The position numbers were made by a program, and so were the translations under genes. A DNA stretch of 62,992 bases, the filler included, from Octopus bimaculoides (taxonomy: Eukaryota): the NCBI RefSeq assembly GCF_001194135.2. It is 5 parts of 5 records of this genome, joined end to end, with 100 filler letters (N's around TTAATTAATTAA, not from the genome) between each part and the next. Parts side by side here need not be neighbours in the genome. Positions count along the whole stretch, not along the records: positions 8,506 to 19,319 come from NC_068984.1; positions 19,420 to 45,982 come from NC_068988.1; 3 more parts are not named here. One strand, 5' to 3'. The notes under the pieces were generated by a model that saw only the letters and a list, made by a program, of their open reading frames with translations, was not told the origin of the DNA and did no database searches. Shown here piece after piece: positions 12,531-25,509 of this stretch. Every line of letters begins with the position of its first letter. The stretch's first letter is position 1.

Positions 12531-13941
12531 AATATTAAAGGGTAACAAGGTGCTTAACGACATTTCATACATCTTTACATCTTGATGCTCGAATTCCGCT
12601 GAGGTTGNNNNNNNNNNNNNNNNNNNNNNNNNNNNNNNNNNNNNNNNNNNNNNNNNNNNNNNNNNNNNNNNNNNNNNNNNNNNNNNNNNNNNNNNNNNNN
12701 NNNNNNNNNNNNNNNNNNNNNNNNNNNNNNNNNNNNNNNNNNNNNNNNNNNNNNNNNNNNNNNNNNNNNNNNNNNNNNNNNNNNNNNNNNNNNNNNNNNN
12801 NNNNNNNNNNNNNNNNNNNNNNNNNNNNNNNNNNNNNNNNNNNNNNNNNNNNNNNNNNNNNNNNNNNNNNNNNNNNNNNNNNNNNNNNNNNNNNNNNNNN
12901 NNNNNNNNNNNNNNNNNNNNNNNNNNNNNNNNNNNNNNNNNNNNNNNNNNNNNNNNNNNNNNNNNNNNNNNNNNNNNNNNNNNNNNNNNNNNNNNNNNNN
13001 NNNNNNNNNNNNNNNNNNNNNNNNNNNNNNNNNNNNNNNNNNNNNNNNNNNNNNNNNNNNNNNNNNNNNNNNNNNNNNNNNNNNNNNNNNNNNNNNNNNN
13101 NNNNNNNNNNNNNNNNNNNNNNNNNNNNNNNNNNNCTCTAATTGTATAATTACGCTAAAGCCATGCAAGGGCACTGCCTTCAATGGATCGTCTGGAATTT
13201 CAGTCTTCTATCAATCTATTTATCTATCTGTCTATCTTTCTTCCACCCCTTACTATTTTTCGTTCCTTCTCCCTTCTCCTCACACCCTTTGTTTCTTTCC
13301 CTCATCCTCTCTCTTGTCTCCCTTCTCCTCTGCCTGTTTGTTCCCACGTGACTACAGGCCATTTTTTTCTCACCTCTGTCTTTTCTGGAAGCGACTCGTA
13401 CTTAACTGGACGTCATTTTTTCTCGCCTCACAACATTTTTTTTCTCTTCTACTATTTTCTTCTCTTGCAGTTATTCTATATCCTTTCAAAATTTCTCCCA
13501 GGCGTTACCCATTACAATGCATTTGGCCCAACGGCACTTAATGTTTGTCTTCATCGATTGTTTACTCTGTACCTCCACCCTGTTGTTGTTTGTTCGTTCG
13601 AAACCTTAACTCACCAGAAATCTTATATTTCTTAAATTTCTGGATGCTGCTGTTTAATGAACTTTTCCTGTATTGTTGAAAGCTCGAAATAGGGAATAAT
13701 TAACAGTCGACAACTGAGGAGGGGTTAGACTTCTTGGGATAATTTGTCCCGTACTCGTCTTTCATTATGTGTTTACGTATTTTGCACTCGTTGGTGATGT
13801 CCTGTTCTTATTGTATATTTTTTTGGTAATTTGTCCAGTACTTATCGCTCGTGTATCTACGTATTCTTCATTCGTTGGCGATGTCTTGTACTTGATGTAC
13901 TCTCTCCTCTCTCTCTCTTTCTCTCTCTCTCTATCTCTCTC

Positions 13942-13989
<48 letters not shown>

Positions 13990-14740
13990 NNNNNNNNNNN
14001 NNNNNNNNNNNNNNNNNNNNNNNNNNNNNNNNNNNNNNNNNNNNNNNNNNNNNNNNNNNNNNNNNNNNNNNNNNNNNNNNNNNNNNNNNNNNNNNNNNNN
14101 NNNNNNNNNNNNNNNNNNNNNNNNNNNNNNNNNNNNNNNNNNNNNNNNNNNNNNNNNNNNNNNNNNNNNNNNNNNNNNNNNNNNNNNNNNNNNNNNNNNN
14201 NNNNNNNNNNNNNNNNNNNNNNNNNNNNNNNNNNNNNNNNNNNNNNNNNNNNNNNNNNNNNNNNNNNNNNNNNNNNNNNNNNNNNNNNNNNNNNNNNNNN
14301 NNNNNNNNNNNNNNNNNNNNNNNNNNNNNNNNNNNNNNNNNNNNNNNNNNNNNNNNNNNNNNNNNNNNNNNNNNNNNNNNNNNNNNNNNNNNNNNNNNNN
14401 NNNNNNNNNNNNNNNNNNNNNNNNNNNNNNNNNNNNNNNNNNNNNNNNNNNNNNNNNNNNNNNNNNNNNNNNNNNNNNNNNNNNNNNNNNNNNNNNNNNN
14501 NNNNNNNNNNNNNNNNNNNNNNNNNNNNNNNNNNNNNNNNNNNNNNNNNNNNNNNNNNNNNNNNNNNNNNNNNNNNNNNNNNNNNNNNNNNNNNNNNNNN
14601 NNNNNNNNNNNNNNNNNNNNNNNNNNNNNNNNNNNNNNNNNNNNNNNNNNNNNNNNACCTTTTTTGACAAAACAAATCTTTGCAAGCTAGACACACCAAA
14701 AACTAGGGAAAAGAACGTGCGCGCGCGCACACACAAACAC

Positions 14741-14775
<35 letters not shown>

Positions 14776-14876
14776 CATGTTGTTTTAATTGCGTCAAACT
14801 ACTCAAGTTCCATGTCGGGTGAAAGATATTTAGTTTGACTTAGATAAAGCTTAGTTTGACTTAGATAAACCATCCT

Positions 14877-16216
14877 ATTCCGGTTTGTCCTCAAAATGGC
14901 GACCGGTTGTACGAAATTTATAATGTTTGTTGTAGAATGTTCGTTTCGCCAAGAAGAGGCAGTAACTTAGTACTTTAAAAGGTTGTTATTTTATTTTAAT
15001 ATAAGACTCAACACTTCTCATCTTTATTCATTAAAGTAATTTCCATTGTTTTCTATGACCTTAGTCTACTTAGCAGGCAACTTAAATATTCCATCGGCAT
15101 AAACCTCAGGTGTTTTTAAGGGGAAATAGTCATCTAAGTGGGATTTGACACCATCTAAATCATTAAATGATTTTCCTTTTGAAAAGTTTTGCAGAGACAA
15201 AAACGAATAATAGTCAGATGGTGCAATGTCAGAGGAGTATGGTGGATGAGGCAAGAAATCCCATCCAAGTTCATGCGACTTTGTGCGGATAGTCAAAGAC
15301 ACATGCGGTCGGGGATTGTCCTCGTGGAACACAACCTCTTTCCTGTTGGAGAGTGCTGGTCCCAGTTCCTTGATCTTTTGATTCAAATTTGCTAGCTGAC
15401 GGCAGTACACATCAGAATTGATGATCTTATTTTGTGGGAATACAGATTTTGAAATCCCACCAGATACAAAGCATGACTTCTTTTGAATTCTGCTTTAGAA
15501 GATATTTTCGAGGATCCTTACGCAAACTCCATGATCTTTTTCTCACTATATTATCGTAAACAATCCATTTTTCATCTCCAGTTACCAGTTGTTTCAGGAA
15601 AGGCTTATTTTCATTGTTTCAGAAGCATATCACAAATGGAATATCGGTCCATGCAGTTTTGTTCTGAAAGTTTGTGAAGCACCCAAACATTATTGCGAGA
15701 AACATATCAAATTTACACTAAGTGTTCATGAATGGTACTTTTGGAAACTTCCAGCTTCTCCGCAAGTTCTCAAGTCGTAATATTCGAGTTTTCTTCAATG
15801 ATTACATTCAAAATATCGTCATCTAACGTTGAAGGTCTTCCACAGCGATTGTCATCTTCCAAGCTGAATACACCAGATCTAAATTTTGCAAACCATCTTC
15901 GAATAGTTGATTCACCTACAACATCTTCACCATAAACTCCACAAATGATATTGCACGTTTCCGCAGCATTCTCACCATATTTTGAAGAAGAAAAGCATTA
16001 CGTGGCGAATATGCAACTTTCGGCTATCCATTTCAAATGGTAATTAGGGTTGAAAGGAGTAAAATATATGCTGCTTTTTAACGTGGAACTTAGCTGACAG
16101 GCTTCAATACTGCAAGCAATTCTGAAATGTAAGTCATACTAAGATAAGGATTGTTGCATAAAGGGCTTAAAGACACAAGTCCTGAAATAGCTCAGAACTT
16201 ACCGGACAACCTGATA
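14877..16216 (-). mobile_element. Degenerate mariner (Tc1/mariner) transposon with disrupted transposase
   Basis: ATG at 16031 (MDSRKLHIRHVML), STIRRWFAKFRSG, HEDNPRPHVS and PPYSSDIAPSDY (YSPDLAPSD-like); right end ...CCGGACAACCTGA-TA; left end approximate. Confidence 0.88.
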
Positions 16217-16412
16217 GTAACCTTTTTTTTTCAACTGCATTAGAATTTTTAGAAACTCTATAAATAGATCCACCTTTGCGGATAAAACTAATAACATAGA
16301 TGAAGTAAAGCAGGTTAAATATGATAAATTGTTACACAATACTAAAAAGTACAGAAAAGAGGAACTGTAAGACTGATAAGGACGTCATTGAAGCAAGATT
16401 GATAACAGGATA

Positions 16413-16581
16413 CACTACCGTAGCTAGGGAAGGGGTGCGGTAGGAGCAGTCCGCCCCGGGCGGCACTTTTATAGGAGCACCTCTTTTCGGTCTGCTGTAG
16501 GCAATATGTGTTTTTTATGAGGTCCGGGGGCGGCAAACGGAAGGGCCGTCCCGGGCGGCACACACTCTAGCTACGCTAGTG
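16413..16581. mobile_element. hAT-type MITE (169 bp)
   Basis: 15-bp TIR CACTA(C/G)CGTAGCTAG; 8-bp TSD ACAGGATA at 16405-16412 and 16582-16589. Confidence 0.85.
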
Positions 16582-16699
16582 ACAGGATAGAGTGTTTAAC
16601 TAAAAAGGAAGCGTTCATGATTTTAAAAGATCATTTGCCTCACGTCGTGAATAAGCTCACCTGTAGACTAAGAAACTCTGTTAGAGCAGACAAAAATAC

Positions 16700-18010
16700 T
16701 GAATGACATAAACAGCAAAATTAGAAAAGCAATCAAATTCCAACTGCAGCAAATAGTAGCACCGTCGTCAACTGTTTCAAGAATAAGCCTGGGATTAGGT
16801 TCACACAACTCGATATCATGGACGTCTACTCTTCAATATCGAGAAGTAGAATCCACGATATTGAAATCAAAGATATTGAGATTCAGTTATCGAGATGATC
16901 AGGCATGCCCGATCATCTTTAAAAAATAGTCGGTATGAGTAAAAAAAAAAGATAATAATCTGAGCCAGAGGGTTTATTTGACGTCACAGTGTATTAAGAG
17001 TGCTTACATATGTGACCTAGTAAGTTTGTATATACAGGATATACGAAAAGCAAATTTCCCACCTACAACATTGGTTTATATCGAGATGGATTAAGAATGT
17101 CACACGACTGAGATGGCCATGCACTAAATACCTTTAGGAAAAACGTCACAGTCGTGTTTAACGATGCAGAGATAAAAATCACAGTAAACCAACTTCCTAA
17201 ACACTTCTGTAGATTCAATTGCCTAAAAAACCCTCCAATAAGCCGTATAAAATGCTTAGCTGTATAAATAAGCTACCTTGCCAGTATTGGTTTTAAAATT
17301 TTCGTTACTGTCATTAGTACGACAATTTCAAACCTCTGCTCTTCTAAAGAAATATTCAATAAGGCGACGGCAAACAATAACAGGGTGATAACAGACAGAG
17401 GATTCAAAGATAAGATCTCATATATCCCAGCCGACACACATTCATGACCTATGAATAAACCTAGGAAAATAATAGCTGCGTCCCATCATTCTCCTTAAAT
17501 ATCAAAACTAAAGTAGAAAGTTCCAGGTCTTACTAGATAAGCATTTCCTTGAAAGACATAGATATCGAAATATCATTGATAAGTGTAATATAGAGATCAG
17601 CGTTAGTTGTTGGCGTAGCACGAAGAAAATAATCTCAAACAGACATACCAAACGGATTATTGTCAAGTATTACATCAGAAATACGGACTGCAGGATCAGG
17701 TATGCAATATCAAGTCAGGAGTATATGAAGCCTAAACACACCAAAAGAAATGGTTGAACATGGAAAAGTTCATTGGTATGTGCAAGCATGACTTGAAGAA
17801 AAAACTTTTATAATCTCGAAACAAAAGAAATACCTCAAAGTTAGCAAACTATATCAGGAAACTGAAGAACTACATCTCTTAGAGCATCAAATTGGAGGGA
17901 TTCGAGAGACCAAAGCTATGAATGAATGAATCAGAGGAATACAGCCTTTGTCGAATAGAAAAAACGTACATACTGCAAAGTTCAGAGTGCCACAACAGTT
18001 ATTTAAATTC
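16700..18010 (+). mobile_element. Heavily decayed Penelope-like retroelement (RT and GIY-YIG endonuclease remnants)
   Basis: Remnants FTQLDIMDVYSSIS (about 16800; FDIxxFYPSI-like), LYRD-GL (about 17075), and FIGMC..KRNTSKLANYI (about 17770-17860); many stops and frameshifts. Confidence 0.65.
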
Positions 18011-18632
18011 CAGATTTGAAATTTTCACTAAATGAATCCACCAAGACAAATATATTTTATCTAATTTGGCAAGACATCATACAACGGGATGACTACACCA
18101 CAATCCGAAATTTGCACATAAAATTTGCACGCTAAACAAGGTCAATGTACATGCGTGACGTACACATCTACACTTTGACAAATCTATGAATTACCTACAG
18201 TAATCGGGAGCGTTTAAATAAATTCAGCACAACATAATGTTTCAAAATACTTTTCCATCTATTTAAGAAAATACTTCTCCATATTTGGAATTTATAATGA
18301 ACTGATGACGGTACAAGGGATACAACTTCCCTTTTATAATCCTAGTCACTGCCCACCTCATGAAAAACCATCAATCACTCCAGGATAATGCTTTTTTTTG
18401 TCTTTTTTTTTTTTAAATCTCTTGAGCAATTGGTATCCATTTTGAGGACTAACTCGAATATTATTAAAATAAGAAGGCGGAGGCTTGATCTAAGTTAAGC
18501 CAGATATCTTTCTCTCGAAAAGAAACTTAAGTTGTATGTCGTAAATAAAATACTTGCATACGAAATATTAATAACTCTCTAATGTATTGCGTACAATACT
18601 CTCCTGAATCTAACAACAAATGAACATTACGC

Positions 18633-18695
<63 letters not shown>

Positions 18696-18734
18696 ACACA
18701 TACACACACGCACACACACACACATATGTTGGTG

Positions 18735-18857
18735 GTTCGCCTTACTGAGGTGTTAGGTAATGCCCATAAGGGTGCTTGGCTGTTCCAACTACTTAGCCTT
18801 GCCATCGCCCGTGAAAATGCCACGAGCGTGTTGGCTTGCTTCAGTAGGTTCCATTAA
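18735..18857 (+). mobile_element. C-terminal fragment of a CRE-like restriction-like-endonuclease non-LTR element
   Basis: VRLTEVLGNAHKGAWLFQLLSLAIARENATSVLACFSRFH* resembles the xGxxLxQRxSxAIQRGNAxS terminus of CRE-type ORFs; directly follows an (AC)n tract. Confidence 0.55.
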
Positions 18858-18959
18858 ACCTTGTGTGCAACCAAGTGAGGCTGATGAAATAACATGTATT
18901 AAATTGTATTGTCATAAATTGTATCAAATTTAATTAATTTTATACATACAAACATGGCC

Positions 18960-19319
18960 AAGATAAATGTTCCTATATGGTTGTGGAACGAGGAAAGGCT
19001 AAAAACCACCCTAACAACATCTCCATCAATGGCCTATCTGTTTCTCCAATATCTGATGAGGAATCCTACAGATACCTGGGAGTAGATGAAAACGTATCAT
19101 ACGAAGGTACTTGTAACAAAGAACGTGTTACTAAGGAATACAGAAATCGGGTTAGGAAAATATGGACCTCGGAACTCTCTGCAATAGCCCACAATGTGTT
19201 TTCAGTACCAGTACTCGTACCGACATTCGGGATACTTGACTGGACGATCGATGAAATCCGAGCCCTTGATGTGAAGACCCGGAAAATACTAACGAGCACG
19301 AACAACTTTCACATCAATA
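18960..19319 (+). mobile_element. R4/Dong/Rex6-like non-LTR retrotransposon RT-thumb fragment
   Basis: YRYLG..KEYRNRVRKIWTSEL..HNVFSVPVL..FGILDW..LDVKTRKILT; runs into an assembly gap. Confidence 0.7.
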
Positions 19320-19584
19320 NNNNNNNNNNNNNNNNNNNNNNNNNNNNNNNNNNNNNNNNNNNNTTAATTAATTAANNNNNNNNNNNNNNNNNNNNNNNNN
19401 NNNNNNNNNNNNNNNNNNNGCCAAATAAACACATGCACTATATATATACTTCAGACTGGAGCAAGTGGAGCAAGAACACACACGGAAACAAAAAGTGTTA
19501 CTGAAGAGGTTACAGATGTGTGATGCAAGACTTCCAGACAATGGACAAGCGTTCAAATAATAAAATAACAATAATAAATGAGTG

Positions 19585-19626
<42 letters not shown>

Positions 19627-21247
19627 CATGTGTATATTTGGAAAAAAAAAATAATAATAAATAAAATGACCATCTCAAAGTACAACAATATCTGTTTCAA
19701 CACATGATTTCATATCAGGAATCTTGCAAAATGAATTGATAAATGTTATCATCATCATCATCGTTTAGCATCAGTTTTCCATGCTGGCATGGGTTGGATA
19801 GTCTTACTGAGGACTGGCAAGCCAGAAAGCTGTACCAGGTTCCAATCTGATCAGGCAAAGTTTCTTCAGCAAATTTGGTTGGTGGAAACTGAAAGAAGCC
19901 CATTTTCTATTAAGTGTGGTTTAAAAGCTTGCTCAAGGTACCATGCAGTGGGACTGAAACTGAGACAACATGGTTGTTAAGCAAGTTTCTTAACCACATA
20001 TCCACACCTAAGCCTATATAACATAATAATGGTTATAATTATAAAACTAATACAGAGTAATAAAATGGTAGTTCCATTGTGTATTGATGTTTTTTTGTTG
20101 ATATGTCAACACTGGGTGAGATAAAGAGAAAGAGAGACAGATGAAGGGAAAGATAGAGAGATAAGTTCTATAGAAAGATAAAAGAAGAAAAAAAATTCAA
20201 CCTAGACAGAAGAATGAAAACTGCTACTGTGAAATGAAATATTTATAAAGTCCCATGGTAGAATAAAATAATTACAGACAAAAAAAAAGAAAATAGCTAC
20301 AATAAAATGAGTCAATTGGAGTCATACAGTGTACAGAAATAGCCCAAACATGAACATGTGTATTAGATAAGAAATCTTAAGATTATGGAAGACTAATCAA
20401 GTCATAATTCAACAGTAATGTAAAACGAAAAGTAGGGGAAATTAAATAATTGTGATAAAACAGTATGGTAGACTAAAATAGCAGAATTAAAATAATAAAG
20501 CAGGTTACGATAGCAATGCTAAACAGTATTGTTGACTAAAGTGGTAGTATTGAAGCAGTATGGTAGATTAAAATAGCTATAATAAAAACAAAAATAGGTA
20601 GACTGAAACAAAGGTATTAAACAGTATGGTAGACTAAAATAACAAAATTAGAATAGACCAAAATATCCAATAATTGTATTAAAATTGAAAGACATACGAA
20701 AATAGCTGTAAGAAAACAGCAGGGTAGACTAAACAGTTGTAAATATTATATAGTAAGCTAAAATAACAGTGTTAAGACAGTGTGGTAGACTAAAATAGTT
20801 TAATAACAGTATTAAAACTTTATGGTTGACTAAAAAATTTGGCAGACTAAATTAGCTGTCTTAGAACAGTATGGCTAGATGATTATGTTAAAACTGTACA
20901 GTAGGCAACATTTTGAATCTCACAAAAGAAATTATGAAGGATTAATGAATGGAAAGAAGCTCTGTTAAAACAGAATTCTTGAACCTATGTCCAGAATGGA
21001 AAAGTGAATGTATAAGAACTGATGATGATGATGATGAGACCAAACCAACTGAAGCAATCATCAATAGAGCCCATTAATAGGTTAACTGAATATGATTTTA
21101 TTGATGGTTAACAATAACTGAACCATTGACCACCACCACTACCACCATCATAGGTGAGGAGGAAGAGATAACTTAAATACACCAATATTAGGACAAACAT
21201 CAAGCAGTCAACTTGATATGAGATTTATTTATTCATTTATTACTTAC

Positions 21248-21460
21248 TGTTTCTTCAATTTGTTGCAGTTCTCCCCACACATTTGCAATGAGCACAGTGT
21301 TACTGTGGCCTCCAATTGAATCCTTCAAAAAATGAGTCAGTTTTGACTGACGGAATGGAATATGATCTCTCTTTTTGTCCGCCATTGCTACGACGACTTG
21401 TTCCAAAAATGACAGTGATTTATTTATGTACAACGCTTCTGCCTGTGTCTTAGCAGCTGA
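21248..21460 (-). CDS. KIF9: KIF9 coding exon 7 (SAAKTQAEALYINKSLSFLEQVVVAMADKKRDHIPFRQSKLTHFLKDSIGGHSNTVLIANVWGELQQIEET)
   Basis: 213 nt, ccag acceptor, gtaagt donor; INKSL, HIPFRxSKLT and LKDSIGG kinesin motifs. Confidence 0.96.
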
Positions 21461-22213
21461 CTGGTTCCACAATGGAAATTGGAAAGGAGGGAAAATGGAA
21501 AAAATAAAAGAAGAGAAACTTGGAGAATTATAAAGTAAATAAACATAGAAACTGAAGTAGAATGTCAATAACCAGGCTTTAAAACTATAATGAAAAGGTT
21601 TGATACTTAATACTGTATATTATAGTAAAGATTATTTGCCAGCATAATGTGGCAGTCCTGGTTGGGATGAATGCTACTGTTGTTTAGCTCCAGGAAACAT
21701 TGTCTCCAGCTGGCTATATGACACACTGTGATCTTATATATGTTCGAATAGGGGCATTTAGCATCCCTACCCAGCACAAAGAACAGGGGATGCTTAAGTC
21801 CCCTGTTTGAAAATATATAAGGACACAGATAGTGTGTCATATAGCCAGCTGGAAACAATGTTTCCTTGGGCTAAACAACAGTAACATTCATCCCAACTGA
21901 GACTGCCACATTAGGTTGGCAAATAATCTTTACTTTAAGGTACTGTTACTGAACGTCTCTTGTTCAGAGATTTAGAAATATGATGTTTCTAGTTACTGTA
22001 TATTATCACCATTACAAAATAAAAACAAAGTACAAGTATAATATTGTATACATGTTTTTAATGGCCACATTGGCTCCCTATTGTGGTGCATTTATTTCAG
22101 CTCTGGACATCAAGGCTGTGGAGTCAATACATAAGAACTTTAACTCTGAAGGGTTGGTGTATTGACTAAATTCATAGTACCACTAACTCTGACTTCAAAT
22201 GATTCCTCTAGTT

Positions 22214-22400
22214 CAATGCTCTGCAACTGGTATGCCGCAGCACACTGGTGTGCCACGAGACAATGCTAGGTGTGTCGCAGTGTAACCTGAATATAATTTT
22301 TTTCCCCTATACTTTTAGTTATATTTTTAGTTCAGGTGTGCCACTGAATTTTGAAAAGAATTTAAGTGTACCGCAAGTGAAAAAACGTTGCAGAACACTA
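22214..22400. mobile_element. hAT/Charlie-type MITE (187 bp)
   Basis: Imperfect TIR CAATGCTCTGCAAC / GTTGCAGAACACTA; 8-bp TSD CTCTAGTT at 22206-22213 and 22401-22408. Confidence 0.8.
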
Positions 22401-23771
22401 CTCTAGTTTATAATGCTCCAGACTGACTCTGACCTCTTAGTTTATGTTAACACCGACTCCAAATCCTAAATTTATGGTATCACTGATTCCAACATGGACT
22501 TCTTAGTTTAGAGCACAACTGATTCTGGTTCCTCTTTTTATAATACCACTGACTCTGATGCCAAATCATAACTCTGGCTTTTGTCTCTATTAGTCATCTG
22601 ACTAATCAGTTCCTCTGTCCCCACTCACTTCCATTTACCTCATACCTTGACAAGCTACCTGGACTTGCTGCTCCTGCTGATCATTCTCACCCTCTCTTCT
22701 AATTGTGAGCAACCAAGTAGCTCTTAAGAACCTGCTTTGTCTACCCAACCACTTCTCCCATACTTTAACCCCTTATCTCCTAGCATAAAACTGACTTCCC
22801 CCACCTCTAAGGGTTTTGCAGTTTTGTGAGTTACAATAGTGATCTCACTAGTGCCAGAGTACCCAGTACAAACTGCAAAGTGGTTAGTGTCAGGAATAGC
22901 ATCCAACCATAGAAACCATGCCAAGCTGTGTTAGAATACTATGGCATCATTTTAGAACAATCCTACAAGAAGCTTGTCGTACATTTTTGTGATATGGTCA
23001 TCTTAAAGACAGAAAACTTATAATGCAATGAATTAATGATGTGTAAGCAGCATGTAATTTAACTCTATAATGTACTCTAGAATAATTATAAATTTTCTGC
23101 ATGTGTGTAAATTAAACTCAAATATATAGGACAATTATACAGAACTGTTGTTTATATTTGTCATGTGTATTCAATTCAGTTTAATTTACACACAAGCAGT
23201 GTTGGCTGAAAACTATATAGCTTTAACATAAAGTAGTTTAATATTTCACTTAAACACAATGATACTAATAGCCTAGTGTTAGAACTCCATATTCTTATGC
23301 CTCAGAAAAAAGCGTTAATCGAGTACAGAGTATAGTAAAAAATTGAATAAATGACAATGGGAATAACTATCGCATGACTGTGATTTAAACTTATGGCATT
23401 TTGGTGACTCAGATTTACAAAATGGTTGTCTGACAGGCCTATAACATTGAGATAGTTGATGAAACTCTCTTATAACCCACAAATCCAGCAGGACATGCTT
23501 TGACCCAATCTGGTCCGAGCCGTCACTGCACATGTTAATCTATTATACAGTAGTTTGTGATGTGCAATGTTATAATCATGGCACATTTTTTTCATTGTCT
23601 CATCTCTTCTCTTTATAATTTACTAAGAGGAAGGGTATTGTCTTTGTTCTTTGTGAACCCCACAAACTGGTGAAACCAATCTGGTTAGAAGTCCAAATAG
23701 GATTTTTGTAAGTTGATGATTTTTAAGGAAAATGTGGACAGAGAAGAATGTTAATATTGTCCTATTTTTCA

Positions 23772-23990
23772 AGGCAGAGAGTTGGCATAAATGTTAGCAT
23801 GCCGGGTGAAATGCTTAGCAGTATTTTGTCTGTCTTTACGTTCTGAGTTCAAATTCCACCGAGGTCAACTTAGGCTTTCATCCTTTAGGGGACGATAAAT
23901 TAAGTACCAGTTGCATACTCAGGTCGATATAATCGACTGGCCCCGTCCCCCAAAATTTTGGGCCTTGTGCCTAGAGTAGAAAAGAATATT
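23772..23990 (+). mobile_element. Dominant-family SINE (GGCCTTGTGCC-tail variant)
   Basis: Head ..GTTAGCATGCCGGGTGAAATGCTTAG.., core, and tail GGCCTTGTGCCTAGAGTAGAAAAGAAT. Confidence 0.85.
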
Positions 23991-24966
23991 GTCCTATTCT
24001 TCTTCATAAAAAGAATTGGATAACGTGGCTAGTCTGGGATTGTAAGGTGATGAAATGAGGATGACAATTGGAGAAGTAGGGATTGGGAAGAGGTGACAGA
24101 CACATTGTTAGTTTAGAGGAGGAGAGGTTGTTAGGGAAACAGCAAAAGAGGCAGAGAGAATAAAAATAGTCCATCTGTGAGTTAGCTGTAAAGTGTTGTT
24201 AGGTGAGATTCATGAAACAACCAGTGAGTATTTCTTTAGGAAATGAGGATTAGGATGTTTGCATGCGCCATAGACGCTCTGTGGGATGTGGTAAGAAGTT
24301 TGTCTCAAAACCACATGGTTCCAGGTTCAGTCTCAATGCATGTCACCTTGGACAAGTGTTTTCTGCTATAGCTGCAGGCCAACCAAAGTCTTGTGAGTGG
24401 ATTTGGTGGACAGAAACTAAAGGGGGTCTATCATGTAGGACTGAACCTGATACCATGCGGTTGGAAAGCAAACTTTTCAACCATAGAGTCATGCCCGCAT
24501 TTATGTGGTTGCTATTTCCAGCAAGTGCATACAGGACCTCACATTAGCTCATACTTAATTATACTGCAAATAATGATGATAAGACATGGTTCTATGGTAC
24601 CTCTCAAAATGTTACCATTTTTTTTGTTATTTTTATTTCACCATAACCTAATTAACATTCGCTTCCTTCCAAAAACTGTGTTAATCAGAAACACCCATCC
24701 TGCTTCAAAAGCTGTTAAATTCTAGAACCACTCCCATCTGGAAAATTGCAAACTTGGAACTACTACTTCTGCATATATTTTGATTTCAAGTGCCTTTGAA
24801 ACATAAAAATCAACAGAAACAGCTCCCAGCTGTCTTGAGCTTTCATAATACTCAACAGGTAAAAGTCTTTCACTTTGATTGTTTACACCATAAGAATATA
24901 GAAAATTCAAGAGACATGATATAAATTATTTTTAATGATGGAACCCAAATAGATAAAGTCATAAAT

Positions 24967-25226
24967 CAGTGATTCTCAACCATTTTCTGTCTATGGACCC
25001 TCTCTGATTCCTGTTTTATCTACCAGACCCTCATAGCCAGTTGAAGTTTCTAAAAAAAATCACATAATATTTTTTGTAATTAAATATAATAAGGAACTGT
25101 ATTAAAAAAATTGTTGAAATATTTTGTGTATTGTAGAAGTATATCCAATATATTGCACATAATTTTTAACAGCTAAATCTTATATGGGCCCCCAAGGATC
25201 ATGTGGACCCTGGTTGAGAACCACTG
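24967..25226. mobile_element. hAT/Charlie-type MITE (260 bp)
   Basis: TIR CAGTGATTCTCAACC / GGTTGAGAACCACTG; 8-bp TSD TCATAAAT at 24959-24966 and 25227-25234. Confidence 0.88.
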
Positions 25227-25416
25227 TCATAAATAATAGCATGAAAATACTGGGTTAAAAAGCCTCTTTGACCTTTTCCAAGCAAGGGGCTTTTATCCCA
25301 ATTAATATATGCTTTTATCTGTAACTTCATCTGCTTTGAGTTCCACCATTAAAACCAATTTTTTTTACATTGAATAAATGGCGAATGGGAAAATAAAGTC
25401 AATGAAATCTATCTAC

Positions 25417-25509
25417 CTGAGTTTTCTTGAGCCTCTCTGAGCCAGCAAGATCAACGAAATTGAGCTTTGAGATAGTATATTTTGCGTCCGAATCCACAGA
25501 AGAATGGGA
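25417..25509 (-). CDS. KIF9: KIF9 coding exon 6 with switch II (SHSSVDSDAKYTISKLNFVDLAGSERLKKTQ)
   Basis: Hand-translated, 93 nt, polypyrimidine + AG acceptor, gtagat donor; DLAGSER motif. Confidence 0.95.
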
